Of a stretch of 48,084 nucleotides of DNA, positions 43,535-48,084 are shown in pieces. Position 1 is the stretch's first letter. Every line of letters starts with the position of its first letter. A model generated the notes under the pieces. That model had not been told where the DNA came from. It searched no databases and was given only the letters and a program-made list of their open reading frames with translations. Location: the NCBI GenBank assembly GCA_964560935.1, contig CAZLOC010000001.1, positions 1-48,084 on the forward strand, written 5' to 3'. The translations under genes and the position numbers were made by a program. The stretch is from an uncultured Anaerolineaceae bacterium. Its GTDB lineage: Bacteria > Chloroflexota > Anaerolineae > Anaerolineales > Villigracilaceae.

Positions 43535-45496
43535 TCAGGCAAGTAACGCATAAACCTGGTGGTCGGTTGAACCAACATAGACAATATCATCATACACCAA
43601 GGGAGAGCCAACGATCTGGCCTTCTGTCCCAAACTTCCAACGAAGGCGTCCAGTGCGATATTCCAGACAATACAGGTAACCATCCACCGAACCGCAATAG
43701 AGAGAGTCTTTGTAAACAACCGGCGAACTGCTAACCTGATGCTCCGTGCGGAAGCGCCAGACTTCTTTGGCTGTTCTTGCCTCGACCGCATAGATGAATC
43801 CATCTGCTGCGCCGACAAATACCATGTCATCGCTTACATAGGGGGATGAAATGGAGCCTTTGCCCAGCCTGAAGCGCCAAATGATGAAACCATTGCGGTG
43901 ATCAAGGGCATACAGCGTACTATCCAGGGAACTGAAGATGATCATGTGCCCACTGGTGGTTGGGGATGAAGTAATGGCTCGTTTTGCACGGAAGCGCCAC
44001 TTCAAATTGCCCCGAAAGTCAATCGCCAGGAAATCGCCCATTTCGTTGCCCACATAAACCAATTCGTTGGCGACAAATGGCGTTGAGCGAACAGGATCTG
44101 AAGTTTCAAATTTCCAAGCCAGGCGTCCCGTGTTCAGGTTAACAGCGTGCAGGTATTGGTCGTCGGAACCTACAAAAATGTGGCCTTCTGCAATGCGCAC
44201 GGAGGAACGTACCGGACCGTCGGTGAAATACGTCCACACCACTTTGCCGGAGCGCGCGCTTACGACATACATACGGTTATCTTCTGAACCAAAGTAGATG
44301 TTGTCTTCGTATGCACTGGGCTTGGAAACAATTCCGCCTTCGGTGGGGTATTTCCACAAGAATTTTCCATCGGCCGCGTTGATGGCGTACAGGTTGTTAT
44401 CGTAGCAACCGATATAGATCGTATTCTTATAGTTCAAGGGTGTGCCGCGGATTTCATCTTCACACTTGAACGTCCATAAAGGTTTGATGCCGTTCCCCTT
44501 GCTAATAGATGTTGTCGAAACTTTTGACAGGATGCCGGTCTTGTGCGCGGCAGCCAGTAGAGCATCCTTCATGTCGCTTGCGCTTGAGAAGCGGTCTTCG
44601 GGATTGTACTCCAGTGCCTTCGAAACGACAGCTTCCACTTCGGCAGAAACCGCAGGATTGATTTTTCGCAACGGGCGTTCTGCAAACGAGAAAGGCGGTT
44701 CCATGCGCGGGTCACGGCGGGACAGGGCGTGATGCAAAGTAGCGCCCAATGCGTACAGATCAGCTACGGGCGTAGCTTCGCCGCGATATTGTTCGGGGGG
44801 GGAATATCCCTCGGTGCCGATCATCGTCCCTTTTTGCCCGGATTGGAAGGTCTTGGCAATGCCAAAGTCCACCAACTTTATTTCGCCGTTGTGATCGACC
44901 ATCACATTCGATGGTTTCATATCGCGGAAGATGATCGGATCGGGCTTGTGGTTGTGCAGGAAAGAGAGTACATCGCAAAGTAAAATACCCCAGGTCAGTA
45001 CCTGTTCCTCGGGCAAAAAACCGCCTGTGTCACTGATCACTGCTTCCAGGTCCTTACCGTGGATATATTCGAGCACAAGGTAAGAGCGATCTGACTCTGA
45101 GAAATAATCATAGATGCGCGGAATAGCCGAATGATTAAGTGTTGCCAGTATATTAGCTTCCCGCTCGAAATTTTGAACAATGGTTTTCCGCACTAATGGA
45201 TCTGGCGCGGTATTAACCATCTCTTTGACCGCGACCAGCTTCACCACGTTTGGGAAGTGTAAATCACGGGCGCGGTATACAGAGCCCATGCCGCCAACCC
45301 CTATGACTTCCTGGATCAAGTAGCGCTTAAAAAGGGTAGCACCTGACTCAAGTTGCCGTCGAGGGGGTTCTCTTCCGTTTCTGTCTTCTGGCGGTGATAT
45401 ATGTTGTGTTTCCAGTGGAAACTCCTGCAAAGCTATGACAAGTGCCGCTATTTTATGCGGCAAACTGGTTGAGTATTGATTTATTATAGTAGGCAC
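43535..45496 (-). CDS. Ser/Thr protein kinase fused to a PQQ-like beta-propeller, no transmembrane segment
   Basis: The kinase has GVGGMGSVYRA, VAVKEM, FRDMKPSNVM, DFGIAK and SPPEQ. The C-terminal ~300 aa carry repeated G..lW.f......ssP...d..vYvGs.D..lYAl blades. The GTG start at 45496 is uncertain. Confidence 0.9.
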   Translation of the reverse strand: MPTIINQYSTSLPHKIAALVIALQEFPLETQHISPPEDRNGREPPRRQLESGATLFKRYLIQEVIGVGGMGSVYRARDLHFPNVVKLVAVKEMVNTAPDPLVRKTIVQNFEREANILATLNHSAIPRIYDYFSESDRSYLVLEYIHGKDLEAVISDTGGFLPEEQVLTWGILLCDVLSFLHNHKPDPIIFRDMKPSNVMVDHNGEIKLVDFGIAKTFQSGQKGTMIGTEGYSPPEQYRGEATPVADLYALGATLHHALSRRDPRMEPPFSFAERPLRKINPAVSAEVEAVVSKALEYNPEDRFSSASDMKDALLAAAHKTGILSKVSTTSISKGNGIKPLWTFKCEDEIRGTPLNYKNTIYIGCYDNNLYAINAADGKFLWKYPTEGGIVSKPSAYEDNIYFGSEDNRMYVVSARSGKVVWTYFTDGPVRSSVRIAEGHIFVGSDDQYLHAVNLNTGRLAWKFETSDPVRSTPFVANELVYVGNEMGDFLAIDFRGNLKWRFRAKRAITSSPTTSGHMIIFSSLDSTLYALDHRNGFIIWRFRLGKGSISSPYVSDDMVFVGAADGFIYAVEARTAKEVWRFRTEHQVSSSPVVYKDSLYCGSVDGYLYCLEYRTGRLRWKFGTEGQIVGSPLVYDDIVYVGSTDHQVYALLA

Positions 45497-45612
45497 TCAG
45501 GGGTTTGGCAACTCCCCACATAAGTTTACCCTGATTTATCCCACGTGACGATTACTGTTTTGTAAAGTTCCCTTGCACAGATTGTCAATCTGCGGCAAAA
45601 TGAACCACAGGT

Positions 45613-46245
45613 ATGATCAAAATACTCGCTGTGAGTGACCAGGTGGTGGAACGCATCTACGCGCTGTCTGCGGACGGGCATTTTCAAGACGTGGACTTAG
45701 TTCTTGGCTGTGGAGATCTGCCTTATACCTATCTGGAGTATCTTATCACCGTATTGAGTGTCCCGCTATACTACGTGCCTGGCAATCATGACCCTGAGTA
45801 CAATGTTTACCGTTCTATCTCTCGTGCCGAAGGCGGCCTGAACCTGGATATGAAAAGCACTTATGCCAACGGACTTTTACTGGCCGGCCTGGGCGGCAGC
45901 ATTCGTTACCGCCCCGATGGGGTCAACCAGTACACGCAAGAACAGGCTTTTTTTCGAGCTTATAGGTTATTGCTAAATTTGCTGGTCAACCAGGTTCGCT
46001 TTGGCCGCAAGCTGGATATTCTCATCAGTCATTCCCCTCCATTTGAAGTTCACGATGACGATTCCCAGGCCCATCAGGGACTCAAGGCGCTGAACTTTCT
46101 CATCCGCACAGTGCGGCCACGCTATCTGTTTCACGGGCACACTCATTTCTTCCGTCAGAATCTGGAAAACTCCGTTACATCGATCAGGCAGACCACCGTC
46201 ATGAACATTTTCCCCTACAAAGTGATCGAGGTCAATGATGAGTAA
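45613..46245 (+). CDS. metallophosphoesterase (calcineurin-like)
   Basis: ILAVSD, GCGDL, VPGNHD, ISHSPP and HGHTH are the five metallophosphatase blocks. Confidence 0.8.
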   Translation: MIKILAVSDQVVERIYALSADGHFQDVDLVLGCGDLPYTYLEYLITVLSVPLYYVPGNHDPEYNVYRSISRAEGGLNLDMKSTYANGLLLAGLGGSIRYRPDGVNQYTQEQAFFRAYRLLLNLLVNQVRFGRKLDILISHSPPFEVHDDDSQAHQGLKALNFLIRTVRPRYLFHGHTHFFRQNLENSVTSIRQTTVMNIFPYKVIEVNDE

Positions 46246-47089
46246 CCCAATAAATTCTCGTAGTCAAGCTGATTACAATCGGGCACGCTTTCGAGCCTTC
46301 CTGAACAAGGTTTGGGCGGTGGTATCCGGTCAACCCACAAATTTGCTTTCCTACGACGAAATCAAAGAAAAATTGCGTATTGGCGGCCCCATCTATCGCG
46401 GCCTGCACACCGTACGCATAGACCAGATCGCCGGTAGTCTCAACCGTTACCACCAATTCGACCGCGCATTTCTGCCCGTGCAAGATGAAACGGCAGAGCG
46501 CTGGCAACGTGTCGACCGCGCATTTTACGAAGACATCGGCCTGCCACCGGTGGTGCTTTACAAAGTGGGGCAAGTCTACTTCGTGGTAGACGGGCATCAT
46601 CGCGTTTCCGTCGCCCGGCAGCAGGGGCAAGTTTTCATCGAAGCTGAAGTGCGCGAGTGTGCTACCAAGGTGGACATTACGCCCAGTATCAAGCCGGAAG
46701 ACCTGGAAATTTTGGGTACCAAAGTCCGCTTTCTCGAACGCACCAATCTGGATCAACTACATCCCGAAGCCAACATCGAACTCACCATCCCTGATGGTTT
46801 CGCGCGTATGCTTGAGCATATCGCCGTGCATCGCTACTTCATGGGGCTCGACCTGGAACGGGATGTCTCTGAGGAGGAAGCCATCATGCACTGGTATGAA
46901 ACCGTCTATATGCCCATCATTGAGATCATCCGCGAGAGTAACACTATGAAAGAGTTCCCCGGCAAAACGGAAGGCGACCTGTACCTGTGGGTGCTCGACC
47001 ACCAGCATTATCTGGCTGAAACTAGCGGACAACCACTTCAACCGCCCGACGAAGCAGCGCGCGGTTTTATCGAAGGAGTAGAACCCTGA
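46235..47089 (+). CDS. ParB/Srx-fold N-terminal domain protein with a DUF4032-like C-terminal region
   Basis: PPVVLYKVGQVYFVVDGHHRVSVARQQG has the DGHHR motif typical of ParB/sulfiredoxin-fold proteins. The C-terminal half (HRYFMGLDLERDVSEEEAIMHWYETVYMPII...GDLYLWVLDH) resembles DUF4032, from memory. It overlaps the upstream gene by 11 nt. Confidence 0.6.
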   Translation: MMSNPINSRSQADYNRARFRAFLNKVWAVVSGQPTNLLSYDEIKEKLRIGGPIYRGLHTVRIDQIAGSLNRYHQFDRAFLPVQDETAERWQRVDRAFYEDIGLPPVVLYKVGQVYFVVDGHHRVSVARQQGQVFIEAEVRECATKVDITPSIKPEDLEILGTKVRFLERTNLDQLHPEANIELTIPDGFARMLEHIAVHRYFMGLDLERDVSEEEAIMHWYETVYMPIIEIIRESNTMKEFPGKTEGDLYLWVLDHQHYLAETSGQPLQPPDEAARGFIEGVEP

Positions 47090-47994
47090 TGACCGCACAC
47101 CCTTTATCCGGCGTATATGCCGCAGCTCTAACCCCCCTCAAAGCCGATTCAACCCCGGACCTCGAACCTGTTCCCGCTTTCCTGGCCTTTCTCGCCGACC
47201 GGGGCTGTCATGGCGCACTCGTCTTCGGCACCACTGGTGAAGGCCCATCGTTCTCGCCCGTTGAACGTGAGATGGTCTGGCAAACAGCCCTGCGAGTCCG
47301 CGAAACGCACCCGGATTTCCGCCTGCTGGCCGGGACCGGGACTCCCAGCTTGCAAGAGACAATCGACCTGACCAAAACCGCCTTCGACCTGGGCTACGAT
47401 GGCGTTGTGGTCGTCCCCCCATACTATTTCCGCAATGCCACGGACGAGGGCTTATTCCGCTGGTTCGAGCAGGTGATCCATAAAGCGGTTCCAGCGGATG
47501 GCTATTTGCTGGGGTATCACTTCCCCGCTGTGGCCGGGATCGGGTTCTCGCTGGCATTACTTAGACGACTGAAAGATACTTTTCCTGTCCAATTTGCAGG
47601 TATCAAAGATTCATCACACGACCCGGCGCTGGCCAGCGCCCTGGGCGCAACCTTTGGCGCAGACCTGGCTGTCTTCACCGGCACAGATTCTTATTTATCG
47701 ATGGCTTTACAGAATAATGCCGCAGGTTGCATCACTGCGCCCGCAAACCTGATCTCACCGGGCCTGCGCGCCATCTACGATGCCTTCTCACGTAATGAAG
47801 ATTTGTCGGAAACGCAAGCATGCGTAACCGAGCAGCGACATATTTTGGAGAAATACATGCCCTTCCCGCCTGTTCTTAAAGCCTTGCTTTCGAAAAAATA
47901 CGTTTTCCCGCACTGGCCGGTCCGCCCGCCGCTGGTAGAAACGCCAGACGAGCTCGTGGAGCAGGCTGCCAGAGAACTGGAAGAATGTGAATAG
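47089..47994 (+). CDS. dihydrodipicolinate synthase / N-acetylneuraminate lyase family aldolase
   Basis: GTTGEGPSFS, the VVVPPYY motif and the Schiff-base lysine context AGIKDSS. The ATG overlaps the upstream stop (TGATG). Confidence 0.85.
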   Translation: MTAHPLSGVYAAALTPLKADSTPDLEPVPAFLAFLADRGCHGALVFGTTGEGPSFSPVEREMVWQTALRVRETHPDFRLLAGTGTPSLQETIDLTKTAFDLGYDGVVVVPPYYFRNATDEGLFRWFEQVIHKAVPADGYLLGYHFPAVAGIGFSLALLRRLKDTFPVQFAGIKDSSHDPALASALGATFGADLAVFTGTDSYLSMALQNNAAGCITAPANLISPGLRAIYDAFSRNEDLSETQACVTEQRHILEKYMPFPPVLKALLSKKYVFPHWPVRPPLVETPDELVEQAARELEECE

Positions 47995-48084
47995 CCAGAT
48001 TTTTCAGTTTTTTGCTAACCTGTCATTCTAATGGTCTCCCCGCTCAGTGTGGTTGAGTGATTGCCGTGTCAAAATTACCGCAAA

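Noticed and set aside
40380-45496. Considered whether the kinase/PP2C/FHA/vWA block is part of a T6SS or tellurite (Ter) locus
   Set aside because: No TssA-M, Hcp, VgrG, TerA-D/Z or related genes occur in the window. The resemblance is limited to the signalling module, so it is reported as an independent system rather than called T6SS/Ter.
46232-47098. Minus-strand ORFs of 174 and 113 aa over the ParB-like gene
   Set aside because: They are antisense to a gene with a conserved motif and an overlapping-operon context.

Overview
A 48-kb chromosomal segment carrying about 50 protein genes and two tRNA-Ser genes. It is mostly high-GC, with a few visibly A+T-richer patches. Gene content and the dispersed palindromic repeats suggest a Chloroflexota (Anaerolineae-like) genome, but that is inference only.

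Most of the window is housekeeping:
- 3133-7306: a peptidoglycan-remodelling block with an amidase and three YkuD L,D-transpeptidases.
- 12472-20876: a Firmicute-like syntenic block, Ser/Thr kinase-rpe-rpmB-asp23-DAK2(yloV)-degV-recG-coaD.
- 25251-29039: the pgpH-ybeY-dgkA block with GatB/YqeY.
- Single genes: miaB, a NUDIX hydrolase, a GGDEF cyclase, plsC and acnA.

The most unusual locus is a tightly coupled six-gene minus-strand operon at 39655-45496. It encodes a soluble Ser/Thr kinase fused to a beta-propeller, a PP2C phosphatase, a J-domain-vWA fusion, a Zn-ribbon-FHA protein, an unrecognisable 80-aa protein, and an OmpR-type regulator with no histidine kinase. It resembles the TerY-P triad and T6SS threonine-phosphorylation modules, but no Ter or T6SS genes are present.

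The second theme is several families of palindromic REP-like elements. Three copies appear to sit in frame inside essential genes, two in acnA and one in miaB.

I found no CRISPR array, transposase, integrase, prophage or recognisable defence gene.

The supplied ORF track reports the longest ATG/GTG/TTG-initiated frame and omits edge-truncated ORFs. I shortened several starts and added one partial gene by hand.
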